Part shown: positions 37,351 through 49,500 of the stretch, in pieces
How the letters are laid out: each line of letters begins with the position of its first letter
How positions within the stretch are numbered: position 1 is the stretch's first letter
Assembly: GCA_002633005.1 (NCBI GenBank)
Contig: NMRA01000128.1
Span: forward strand, 538,360 to 602,359
Direction of reading: 5' to 3'
DNA length: 64,000 nt
From: Phoronis australis
Taxonomy: Eukaryota > Animalia > Phoronida
The notes under the pieces: generated by a model
What the model was told of the DNA's origin: nothing
Seen by the model: the letters and a program-made list of their open reading frames with translations, nothing else
Database searches by the model: none
Position numbers and translations under genes: made by a program

Positions 37351-40032
37351 CAGTGGCGGATGTACGTTTCCAGTAAGGGGGGGGAGGTTAGGATTCCCGC
37401 AAAGGTCGAATCCGAGACGCGTGACGCCGAGCGTGGGGGGAGGTCGGGAGGTAATCCCCCCTCCCGTGTAAGACAACTTTTTGTGTTTGTAGCCAAACAA
37501 TGAAATTTCCATGCATCCTGGTACGTTTATGGCAATTAACATGTCCCTGGAGTCTTTCTTAAGATAATTAAAAACCCTTCTCGATTTCGTCACCTGATCT
37601 TAATTTTGGCTCATAAGTTTCGTGAAACAATATTTGTGCACATCTGGGTATGAGTCACACCACCAGCAATTTTTTTTTTGTTGGAACATCTGCTTACACA
37701 CACCTTTTTTAGCATACGAAAAAGTGTGGTGCGTGTACAGGGGTTTAGACAACTACCAATTCAAGAGCATAAGGAGCACCGACGGGGCGTAAAAACTTGA
37801 ATATCAGATGATCGCAACAGCCTCAAGCTGTTTAAGAACGAAGACCTGTATTGTTAGTCCGGAAATAAACATGTGTTCTGTCCCGTTACGAGAAAAACTG
37901 GCGAACGACGGTGCTCTCAATTCATAGTCTGTTATTAAAAGCGACAATAAGTGTCACTTTATTAAGCTGAATCCCGTTGACAACAATTGATAAACGTCAA
38001 ATGTATCAGGAAACAAGTCATCTGAAAACAGTTTCACGAAATCAAAACATTCTTTACACCGCGGTGAAAAGATATACAGGAGCAGTTCGCAGAGGGACAA
38101 CATGTACACTGACAGTACGCAAAAACTCTGGCCTGGTCCGTCACGAGACCAAAAGTACACCTGTGCTTATTATCTCTATAAAAATAGTCGATGTGTCCCG
38201 GGACCAAACAGTACTGGCTGAGATAAATAGTTTTACAAAGCACACTTTGGTAAAAAACATCACAAGTCTTGGTTCGCCGAGGTATCAGAAGTACACTGAA
38301 ACTCGATATCTACACAAACAAGCTGGCCTGGTCCGTCGCGAGACCTAAAGCATACTTTTCAAAAAATTTTGAATTGAGATCTTCTCTCTAGACTCATTTT
38401 AATCCCCGGTGGTTGCTCATATGTGTAGTTTACACATCTGGTGGTCAACTGCTGTGAGGAGTTGGTCTAGGAAAGGTTTTCGCACCGTTCTGTAGTATAC
38501 TCACTGGAAGAAACAAGTATTGAGTGCAGATTTAACTACGAACTACGTGAAATAGATTTTGGATATGAAGCAGATAGACTCAAGTAGAAATACAAACTAG
38601 TATCAGTTTCTGTGCGCTCGTAGACCCTCTGCTGTACTGGGCAAATTTGGCATGTCCAAAAATAATTTCTATTTCGTTTTCATTGTACACAACCATAAAA
38701 AAACGACATTATTTCAAACTGTGAAGAATTATAACTTATTACCTGGGTGTTTCTCCAGAAACGTTGGTCCTATCTTTCTGTTGTCTAGACTGCCGAGGAA
38801 TCTGTACATCGGATCCAATGGTTTGCTCCTCTTGGAACCATTCTACCCAGACATCTTCCACCTTTGTTCCCAACACTTGCACTTCGTCAACTGCTGTGTC
38901 AATGAGCTTGTACGCCTCTACAATGTCAGCATCTCGTTTCGCAGCTCAGTTGGCACTAAGCACCCTGAGGTTACCAAGTCCATTCAAAAGATTTACAGCA
39001 TGCGCAACTAAATTTGATCTGTTCATCATGGACTACTTCAAACCTTGACGATGTATCCCAGGACCCATTTGCATCTCTTGCAATTTTCGAAATAAACGTC
39101 CCAATATCTGAACGCTTGAAACCCGAAGTACTAACATCAAATAAATGCCCGTGGGCATGGGCGTTTCGTCGGGTGGGCCTTTAAGAGAAAATTCCCAGTG
39201 TAGAAAACGGCAGTGGTGCTTATTGCAGGTAGGTGTTGAGGTCGGCACTAGGGCTCCTTAGGAGGCCTATTGAACATCGCACGAGTCCCGCAAGACTTTG
39301 TTGTGAAAGAACAGCCTTCCCACAATTTCTGGTACTGTACACTGTTTGCAAATGCGGTCACTTTGTCAATGCGAGTCCCCCCTTGGTCATTCCTTGTATA
39401 GGCATAACTTGTTAGAATGTATCTTCAAACGGACTCGCGACCAGACCACAGCGCCCGCCACAATAGCAATTCTTCGGAATTGTTTTTTTCAAAAATATTA
39501 CATGTACATGTACACTGTATGGTATTGCGCAAGACAACTTTACTATACATCAGTTACAAACGTGTGGAGTGTAATCATAGAATGACACGGCATGACAGAT
39601 GAGGTAAAAACGTTGCACGTCAATTCGCCTGAATATCAAGATTGCGGCACCACAGTGTTTCCCCTAATCGAATCATAACATATCTCAGAGAGTAAAGAAG
39701 CTAGTTACCTTAAGAAATCAGCTGTAGAACTGCTCTTTCAGCGGTGGATCCATCTAAAATGCTTGGCTACTTCAGAAGTGTCGACGGAAGCGCCCGCACA
39801 ATTGATCTCCGCGCGTTTTGCCGATGAGCCACGAAGACTCAGCAATTCACAATGCAAAAATTATATTTTCAGAATGAACCCCCTCAATTTTTTTCCAAGT
39901 TGGTTTACTTGAGGTTTACACACGCTAGCGGTGCCGTTTTTGTTTCGCTGGAGATGTTTTTGTTTTTTATTTTTGGATCCTGGTCCAAGGTGGGGTTTAA
40001 ACCCCATGAACCCCCCTGTAGATCTGCCTCTG
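37351..40032 (-). mobile_element. 2.7-kb hAT-superfamily DNA transposon with 5-bp TSD and decayed transposase
   Basis: TIRs CAGTGGCGGATGTAC / GTAGATCTGCCTCTG and TSD CACAG (37346-37350, 40033-40037). A transposase remnant lies on the - strand. Confidence 0.8.
38430..39100 (-). pseudogene. hAT transposase remnant (THAP12/PRKRIR-like C-terminal region), with intron 38504-38742
   Basis: Translation ...WDTSSR...LRVLSAN*AAKRDADIVEAYKLIDTAVDEVQ...VWVEWFQEEQTIGSDVQIPRQSRQQKDRTNVSGETP|(S)EY/YRTVRKPFLDQLL resembles the PR..GRQ.HR.N.P..TPEEYYRR...PFLD segment of PRKRIR-like hAT transposases. It has one stop and a frameshift. The intron is GTAATA...ttcttccAG. Confidence 0.75.
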
Positions 40033-41368
40033 CACAGGCGTGAAGATTGTATTGCGAACATTTGCTAAGGTGTCGGGTTTATTTATTATGCTATAGATAC
40101 ACTGTACCATATATCATTCTTCCAACGTATGTACAACGTAAATTACATTCTTATATTTCTATGGCATATTTGCATTTTATTGTATTGTATTGTTGTACAC
40201 TACTTGGGTCTTCAATGAAGCTGCTTTTGCCTTTGAGGATCTCCGGCTTACACATGTGAATATATGGAAAATGTATGTATGTTTGCATGTATGTATGTGT
40301 GTGTGTTTTTTATGTATGCATGAATGTATGTATGTAACTCCGTTTTTTATTGTTATTGTATTTTTACTAACTAATGTTATGTAAGTCAATCAAGGTATTT
40401 TTCCTCCTTCCCTCCCTCTCTCGAGCTCCCTCTCTTCAACACATTTCTTAATAAAACTAACGATACACAGCCTCGTGTGCACCATAAGCTGGAGTTTTTT
40501 ACACACTAGTGCAATGATTAAAATAATGTCAGTCGAAATATTAGATGCAAATAATGCCGCAACCCATGAACAGGTTTGCTGCAAAATTCCTCAAATAAGA
40601 AAAACAAAGCAGCGAAAGTCTGTAAATAGTAGACTACTGTCCTAACTAAAACCTTATTTTGTTTTTCAATGATCGTCTTGATATGTGTTAGAAGCAGTGA
40701 TTGCCAAAAGTGAAAATACACACCGAATAAACATCCGTGACGTTTCAGTCACTTTTGATTTTGACGCAATAATTACGTCCAATGCAAATTTGCCGTTGCC
40801 AAGAAACAATTGTTTACCTAAATCAACTGATGCACAAATGAAAAGTCGTAAAATACATGCAGCCAAAGTTATGGAGCAATCTATTTGTAAGTACATGTAA
40901 TCTTTGCGTGTGTTGTAAAGCTCTCACGACCGATAAAACTAGGGATTTGACTAACTATTGAACTCTTATAATACTACTTATCGTTAAAAGACTGATCTAA
41001 GTTCGTACATTCAATATACCAGGTTAGAAGTGACTGATCGGCTTGGGCATGCATGCTGTGCCACAAATGCCACAGAAGTCTTAACAGGTCTCGCTGTTAC
41101 GTTTTTGGTGAATGTGATGCGTCTTGTACGTAAAAGTGCACACGAAGGGTTCTGCTATGGGCATAAATGTTACCCGAGTGTTTACAGTCGTAATGATATG
41201 AAGAACAGAACAGGGATTAGTTTATGTAGAGTAGCATTATCATACCTTGCCATAGTCCCGTTACAACATTCAGGACACATGGGAATCAGTTACTGGACAA
41301 TCTTTGTCTCCTTGCTCTAATGTAATAAACATATTTGAATAAGTTTTCTAACAAGCGATGCTGCCTTA

Positions 41369-41471
41369 CAGGGGCGGATCCAGAATTTTGAGTTAGGGTG
41401 GGGGCCAGGACAGAATATTAGCCAGGATTTTGCCCGTCAGACATTCGGACCCCGTACTGCCAAATGGGGGC
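41369..41471 (+). mobile_element. Truncated copy of the CAGGGGCGGATCCAG MITE
   Basis: Aligns to the left 100 bp of 43903-44059. The right TIR is missing. Confidence 0.75.
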
Positions 41472-43278
41472 CATAGGCAATCAACAGAACATTCACATAG
41501 CATTCTTTTAGTTGTTGAAAACAAACTAATGAAATTAGGTAAAATCGTTTAGAAGTGAAACTAGCCGGGTACCAAGCCACGCGTTGTAGGCCTACTATGT
41601 AGCTCTGTCGATTTCATGTGCGACAGAAAGTTCCGACCTGGTTCTTTTTTCACCAGTAGAAATACTTCAATTAGCTGCTAAATGCAGCATATTTTTCTTA
41701 AAGACTCTATAAACCATGTTTTGGTGTCAAGAACAACTTTGCCCCAATTTTCCGCTATGATAGGCTATTGTAATGAGCCTGCTCTGAAGTTTCAAGACTA
41801 AAAAATCATTCAACTTAGAAAGAAAGATGACACCTATTTTAGAACGGTTAGTGGTCCAGTTGTTTTTTGTCAGAAGGAGTATGTTTATTGCACCTTTTAA
41901 TAGTTGAAATGTCGCTAGTCTTGGGGTCCGTTTCGTGAAACTTTTTTGTCTAACGTAAACCAAAATGCAAGCACATATTGTTTCAGAGCTCAAGAGTGCG
42001 TCCAGTGACAAGATGAGTACAACGCATTCGTCGTTACCGAGACGCGAGTCGAAGTCACCAGAAAAATGGAGTGGTAGAGGATTGCCAAAAACGAAGTACC
42101 ACTAGTAGAAATGCTAGATACAGCCTTGATTCAAATGACCAATTAGCACCAAACATTTGGCATAATTAGACTGTTGTCTGGTGCTGAAACCTTTTATTTA
42201 TTTTTAGAAAAATTACAATAAACGTTGCAGTGCTAAGATATCGTACTGCGGTGATAAAAACGACAATGTCCTTTAAGAAATGAGGCACACTGTCTGATTA
42301 GAAAAGTCGGATAGCAATCTGTTTAGCAGTAAAACGAAAAATGAAGACATTTTATGCAAAATTCCTGAAGCTCATGTACAGGAACGGTGATTCTACTGTA
42401 AATGCTAGCATGAATATTCATGAAAATGACTGAAAACGATATTTGAGTACTTCCTCAATCATTTATGAACATTGACAAAAATATCGCGAAAATGTAATTT
42501 TCATGATTTTTATATTATGGTCACCCATAAAGGGTCTTGCCAATTGCTTCACGCTGAAAACGTAACAAGAAAATCGTTTCTTTTGTTAACGGAAAAAAAT
42601 AACAAAGTTGTAAGTGGAAACGAAGATCGCTTGGATTATGACTGCTTCAAAACATATAAACTTATCTGATTTCACTCGAAGTGATGATCCTCAACAGACA
42701 CGCATTTCGCGGCTAGGCATCGCGTTTGAATCATTGTGTTCTCTCCACTCCGCGTACTCCTTAGAGCACTAGATTCGTCTTAACTTAACGATGAAGAATA
42801 TTTTTGGTGCTTGAATATATGGCTATGCTTGAGCAAAATCGTGTGGGCGGTTTGTGTGTCAACTGACCAGGTACTGAGGTACTGAATGTTTGTTGTTCTC
42901 CAGAAAATTGTACTTCAACCATGTTGGTGCCCAAAAGGATGCCATCAAACGATTTTAGTTCATTTACATAATAAAAGTTAGGTTTACACTCTTGCATGAT
43001 ATTTGCCATAGCTTATTTAGAATGCAGACACCGACTTTGACCATCTTTGCACAGAGTAGCAACTACTTCATTGATCGCGCTCTTCTGAACCGAAAAAGTG
43101 AGCAAACCCACTTTTGATGTATACACCTTCCAAAGTCCAAAGAAGTGACACCTTTATATATATTTATATTCATATTTTTTTAGAATTTGTGTACAAGATA
43201 AACACGGCAGTAGTCGGGTATTACGTGCCAATATCTTGAGAACCAGTTTGATTTCCGTTATTCAATGGAGAAAACCTG

Positions 43279-43430
43279 CCTCTCGTTCAGTAACGCTAGG
43301 ACCTCGCTAAAAAGCAAGACTTCGCGAGATTACGTGAGATATTGCCGTGCATTTTAAATGAGAACACGTGATTTTGACTAGGTTTTAGCTAGGTCCTAGC
43401 GTAGGTCCTAGCGTCTACTGAACGCACGCC
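43279..43430. mobile_element. Small fold-back MITE
   Basis: CGTTCAGTAACGCTAGGACCT versus right-arm reverse complement CGTTCAGTAGACGCTAGGACCT. Confidence 0.7.
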
Positions 43431-43541
43431 TGTTCTCAAAATGCGGGCACGTTATATCGGACCATACCCAGGCTGTTTTTTCTTTTGAGACAGCCGCTAT
43501 ACTCTAGAGAGACCTTCCTGCAAGTTACACGTTTATTTCAG

Positions 43542-46500
43542 GGAATCTTTTGCTGGGTCTACCTCAATTTGCGCAAGCACGTTATACGAGGAGGCTACCA
43601 TTACCGCCTACTCCGGAAGTAACAGTGAAGACAAAGAGGAAGAAAGAGATGAACACGTGAAACTAGAAGACCAAATCACCAACGAAAGGTTGTAATTTCT
43701 GACAGTGTTTACAAGTTATATCGTCATGACTTTTTTAAAATGTACATTTTCTCTTCATTCGCCACCCGAATCACAAGTTTCCCTAAAAGTAGCTTGGAAA
43801 CTGAGGCTTTCCAACATTTAGTTGAAATTTGCCCTGCTTATCCGCATGTTCTGCTCAGGATCACAAAACTTATCTGCTAAAATTGCCAGGTAGTACACGT
43901 TCCAGGGGCGGATCCAGGATTTTGAGTTAGGGGGGCCAGGGCAAAGTATTAGGCAGGATTTTGCCCGTGAGACATTCAAACCCCCGAACTGCCAAATGGA
44001 ATCTGAGAGAATTTTAGGGGGGGCATGGCCCCCTTGGCCCCCCTCTAAATCCGCCAGTGCGTTCAATAGTCTTTCTCGTTTCCTAAATAAAATGGACAGA
44101 ATAGAAAACTTTACTGTACTCACGAGGAACTCGATGTTGAGGGACCCTCTTCAGTCTTAATCAGGTGATTAGTGCAATGGGCCCAACTGTGTGGCCTAAG
44201 TATGCCATGTGTACTGTAGAAATTGAATAACAGGCTACCTGCCTATTTTTGTGGTTTTCATACCATCGCCAATAACAACACTGTATTTAATTGGGTACGA
44301 CAAAACAAATCATACGAAGGTATCGGAATTTATATTTTCACAATGTGAAAAATATATTCAAATGAATTTTGCTATCGAGAAAATCACTGATTATGAGGGA
44401 AGCGTATACTCCAGAGAACCTGGACTGTGAAGTGTCAACTTGGTTTCGAATGTTGTGCGACAAGTGGCCTTTTTGGGCGCTGTCGTACGTCTTTACCTCC
44501 ACGGCCTTTTTGCGGTGAGGAAATTAAAAACGTCAGTTTCATGTCATGTCAACAGGCTGGTGAGATTACAAAAGATCTTCCAAGAGGCAGGACAAGGTGA
44601 AGGATTGACAATGGGTCAGTTCGCGGATGCCATGAAGAGAAGTATGGGTGTTGGGATCAGTGATCAAGAGCTGCAGCATCTGTTCATGAAGGTAGGGTTA
44701 ATTGTATCTGTCGATAGGCATGTAGAACGGCAGGCTTTTAAATAGCAACGTGTCATGATGACTAATCGCGTGGGACCGGATGCCGGTGGCCTCTGTTTTA
44801 TAACATTGTTTAAAACGCCTCATGCCTAATCACATACACTGTAAAAGGATCTTCACTGTGCCACCAGCTGCGAAGACGAAGTAACTACTGGTACAGCTTG
44901 GTGGCGATATGAGATACCCGTGACCGGTCCCACGTGACCAGTCCTATTGCTTCCTGAAGGTCTCCCATTGCCTGGCAGGGCGGAATGAACATAGAGTGAC
45001 TTGAACAGATGACACAGTAGACAGCACCGTATTTATTGTTTTCAGTTAAAATGGCTTTAGAGTATTTCTCATATCCCGGATTCTACTCTCCTTTGTTGCG
45101 GAGGTAGAAAACAGTCTGTATGACTTACCTAGTTTCCGATGAATGATACACTTAGGGGCCAAGTTAAAACGATACTGATCCTGTTTTTGTGATTTCAACC
45201 AGTCCTCCGAATCGTTCTGTTCCCTGCCACTCATCATTGGCGTCTCATCTGAGTGATAGTGAGGATAGAATTACAAGCGAACTCACTGTCACGGAATGGA
45301 TATTATGCTTCTTGGTAGGTGATCATTCCCTACAAATGTTATTTTCCTGAAGCGATTTTGCGTCTAGAAAGAAGCCCACAGAGACGTATTTCAGAGAAAA
45401 AACTGATCTTTCTGAAACTCGAATTACTCACCACAGCACCGTCATCGAGCTGCGAACTTTATAAGGTCTGTGATTATATTTTGACTTCGATTGTCTTGAA
45501 ATGCCAACCAGGTTTCACTTCAGCGACACTTTGTCAACTATAAGAGTAGTACGGTGACTTATCTGTTGACAGGTCATCGATAATGTTGGGTCCTTTAAAA
45601 GCCCAAGATCGAGAAAATAATGACATATTATCCATATCTTTGTTCATTACCAGAAATGAAAGACGATTCCAAAGGAGCTGCTCATGAGGGCTTTGTCAAT
45701 TCTTATTATGAAAGAGATCACATGAGAGCTTTATGTTAGTGGGACTTTTTAGAAATCCCAGGTAGGCCATAATCGGGTTTAGTGTCCCTTTAAATGAACG
45801 ATTTATCGCGGCTCACTCAGTTTTTCAAAAACTCTGATATTTGCATGGCAACTCAATATCCAACCGTAAAACTGGTTTGGCTATTCATTCACGAATGACA
45901 AAATTTAAAAAATAATGTAACATAGTACTTACACGGCAGCAGGAATTGTGGGGCAAGTGATTAGCACTGCAGGTAAATAACGGCAGAACTCGAGAGCTCG
46001 ATGATGCCTGCGTCATTCCGGAAGTGTCCAGTTAGGCGAACTGGATCACGATCTATTCTCCTATACACCTTATAATCTTAAAGTTTAAAACATTTCGTCC
46101 TTTTTAATGTTTGATTCAAGGTCAACATATAACCATGTACAAAGTTGTCTAAAAAAATGAGAAACGCCAGATGTAACAATTTCTGCGCTTTCTTGCCCGA
46201 CATTATTTATCGTCAATGCGTTTTTATAGATGTATGGATTTGAGGAACTGGTCAAATATATCAGTTTGTGCCTTGGTTTATCATAGGTAGCTAAGAAGGT
46301 TCTGTCTTAGATTTCTATTGCCGTAGAGTTCATTCAATATTTCCAACTAACAGCCCTAAGAAATCAACGAATTCACTTCAGTTGTTACTCAGTCTTTTAA
46401 ATCAATATAAATTCATAAATCATGCTTGATGATAATCGTTACGTGATTGAGTAAGCCTACGGAATCCTGTGGAAATTTACGTTGTTTGCTTAATTTTTGC

Positions 46501-49500
46501 GTGACGTTGCGTTTGCGAGCACATGCTACGACTGAGTATAATGAAGTTTGAAAAATATGGTCGAATCCCTGAGTTTATGTGATTTGCCAGCTCAACCTCT
46601 GTTCCCTACCGCTTCATTTGCTCAACAGGTAGATTCCAATTGTGACGGGGGTGTCGACTGGGACGAGTACCTGTCCTATATGCTCCTCGAGTATCGCGAG
46701 AAAGACATCATGACAGCGATGCAATACGAAAAACCGTTGGCTCAGACAGGTAGGTTCGTTTCTGCTCACGCATGCGCGTGTTGCAGATTTTGGTATCTCC
46801 TAAGTTATCTATGGCGTGCTATTGCCTCTTAGTTAGCAATTAGCTCCCAAGTGCTTGCAGTAAAACAAAGTAACAGTGCCCTCCCGCGACGCCACAACTG
46901 TATTATAGACTTGTGGATGCACTGCTTGAGACGTGGAATTCTTTATCGCGTGATAGGGATTTTTCTTGAAGACGTCTTACGACATCTAGCAAAGCACATT
47001 AACACACCTCACGCCTCTAAAATGGCTTTGTAGGAACGCATTTTAGTTTATGTGGCGCAGATAGTCAAGAGCACACACTCAAACACCCGTAAGTTCCCCA
47101 TGAAACTAGAAAGTAGACAATTCCCGAAGACATAGACGTGGGAGATATGTGAAACCTCAAGCGAAATTGAGAATAAATTGAGAACTGTATCAGAACCTAA
47201 AAACTGGCCAGCGTCATTTAGGAAAATCATGTGACGTGAATAAAATACGCAAAGGAAACTCCTGTAATAACCACTGAGTTTATCAGCTTACGAAAGTGCA
47301 AGTACGGTAGCTTGAGTTATGAGAAAGATATGAAAATGCCCCACTTCTGAATAAGAGCGTCGTGCTTTCTCAAGGAAATTATTACGATATACAAAAACAC
47401 GTAGTGACCTCAGGCGTTGCAGGACATCTAGTAAGGACAATGAGTGAACAGTGCTGTACTTTAGTAGTGTTCTCACAGCACCCTTGTGATGACAAAAACC
47501 TCAGAAAATAGTTTTTTCATGTTTACCCACGCTTACTTTGAATCATTTTTGATCTGTACTGTAACAACACTTCAATACACACTGGCGCAACTGCAATTTT
47601 CTGAACGGTTCCGTGATTGTTAATTTCCATTTTTATATAGGTCGGAATTGAACTGACAAATAATAATGTTATGCAGATATCTGTGTGACTCATATATACC
47701 CGCTTAAGGTGACATTATCGGTGTGAAAAGCCGCGGTCGCAGTTTAATGCTCTGCTGCTGACTGAGCTAAACTGACGAAGTTATCGGACTTGATTTCAGC
47801 GAATGCTCGACAGGCGACAGCAAGAATTGGCGTTTGTTGTAATAAATCTCCAAACCACGACGAATCGTATTTGTTTAATAGCTTTGATCCATAAACCATA
47901 ACTTCAAGAAATCAATCCAACAGTAATCCCATAAATGCGTTCGGCCGTAATACCGGTAATGTCCCTTTTGTGAGTTAAAACTACTAACTTGTGTGGTGTG
48001 AAGAATGACGACTACTGATTTTGAAACAAAATAAGCAACCTTTACGTAAAGACTTTGATTGTAGCGCGACCCATCTTAAGCCCCCATCGAGACACAATAT
48101 CGCGTGTCGCATTCATGCCGGTACTGCGTAACAGGCAAGGTTATAAGATTGAAAAAATGGATTTTGCCCATGGAAGGTGAGACATTCAAGTTACACGGGG
48201 TTGAGTTCCGTAGACTCGGGAATTTCTTGGAGGAAACTGGTGTAATCATCTAGTTTGCTTGTCAAACATGGAGCTATTCAGCAAAGTCTTGCTTGATTTT
48301 GGGTTCTTGCGTCTACGGAACGCACGCCAAGTTTCTGCTCGGGCATTGTACGTTTTAATTCGTGCAGATAAATATCAACATTTAATGGTTCAACGGAGCA
48401 AGTAACATCTCCATGATTTTCATGAAAGTCATGCGAGTCATTATGCACAGCAGGAAAAGAAAGTGAAATGATTACCTGTGACTTTCATGAGGAAGTTCAC
48501 GTTCAGTTTATACAATTGTACTCGCCTGACAGTTTGGTAAGAATTCAGTGTACATCTTCAGCAAAACGTATAGTGTAACTCATGGATATTGGAAAAGAAT
48601 TGTTTGTTCATGGGCATACGTTACCTAATGAGGCATCACTACCGATGTAAACACTGGTAACTATACTTACCATTGTCCTTAAGTCTAATCTTCACGTCAT
48701 GCATTCTTAGAAACCGCATAAATAGAAAAGATGAAAATAACAAAACAGTAAATAGTTAGATACATGTTATTTACGTTGTTTATTAAAAAATGATCCACTC
48801 TGACAACAGGTACTTTAGTGTTAGCAGAGATGGTGTAGTGAACTTCTGGACAAACGATATGCAACATCTCAAAGTAACTCAGATGGAAAGCAGAAAAGGA
48901 AGTGTGATATCAAACTGGGTCACTGATCTAGTTACTATGCCCAATGTCAATATGATAGCAGTGTCATCTACCGACGGATGTATTTCGTTTTACGACACCA
49001 ATGCCAACAAGTTTGAGCGCCATCTAACGATTTGGGGACTGGAACAGGCCCCGTTGACGATGGATTACTCTTTCGACGAAACCAATATTAACAACGGGGT
49101 TCTTATTTGGGGTGACGGTGGAGGCAATGTAGCGTCTTGTATCCTATCAGCATGCCTCTGTGGGGGTCCTTTTGGACCTCCAGCTCACATCAAAGGCACT
49201 CAGAAACGTATTTCTTTCGCTGCTCTTCTACACGGTAAAGTCCCCTCTGTAAAAGCCCATGTGCTTCGCCATCTACATAACGACTGGGTAATCAGCGTTC
49301 GATACATCCAATCAACTGGTTTCTTCGTCTCCTGTTGTCAAGACAGCGAAACAGCCATGTACACTGGTGATCTTGAGGCAAGGAAGATTACATCATATTT
49401 CAAGCTTCGGAAGGGGGTTCTGTGCTTCGATTACTGCAAGAACCAAAATGTCATAGTGACTGGTGGACTTGATCACATGATCCGTGTTTGGAACCCTTAC

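Noticed and set aside
39739-40032. Independent MITE starting at CAGCGGTGGATCC
   Set aside because: There is no TSD for this pairing. The right TIR pairs instead with 37351 through the CACAG duplication.
42013-42105. First coding exon of the WD40 gene (MSTTHSSLPRRESKSPEK...)
   Set aside because: It is phase-compatible only through a weak GTACCA donor, lies in repeat-like sequence and has no homology support.
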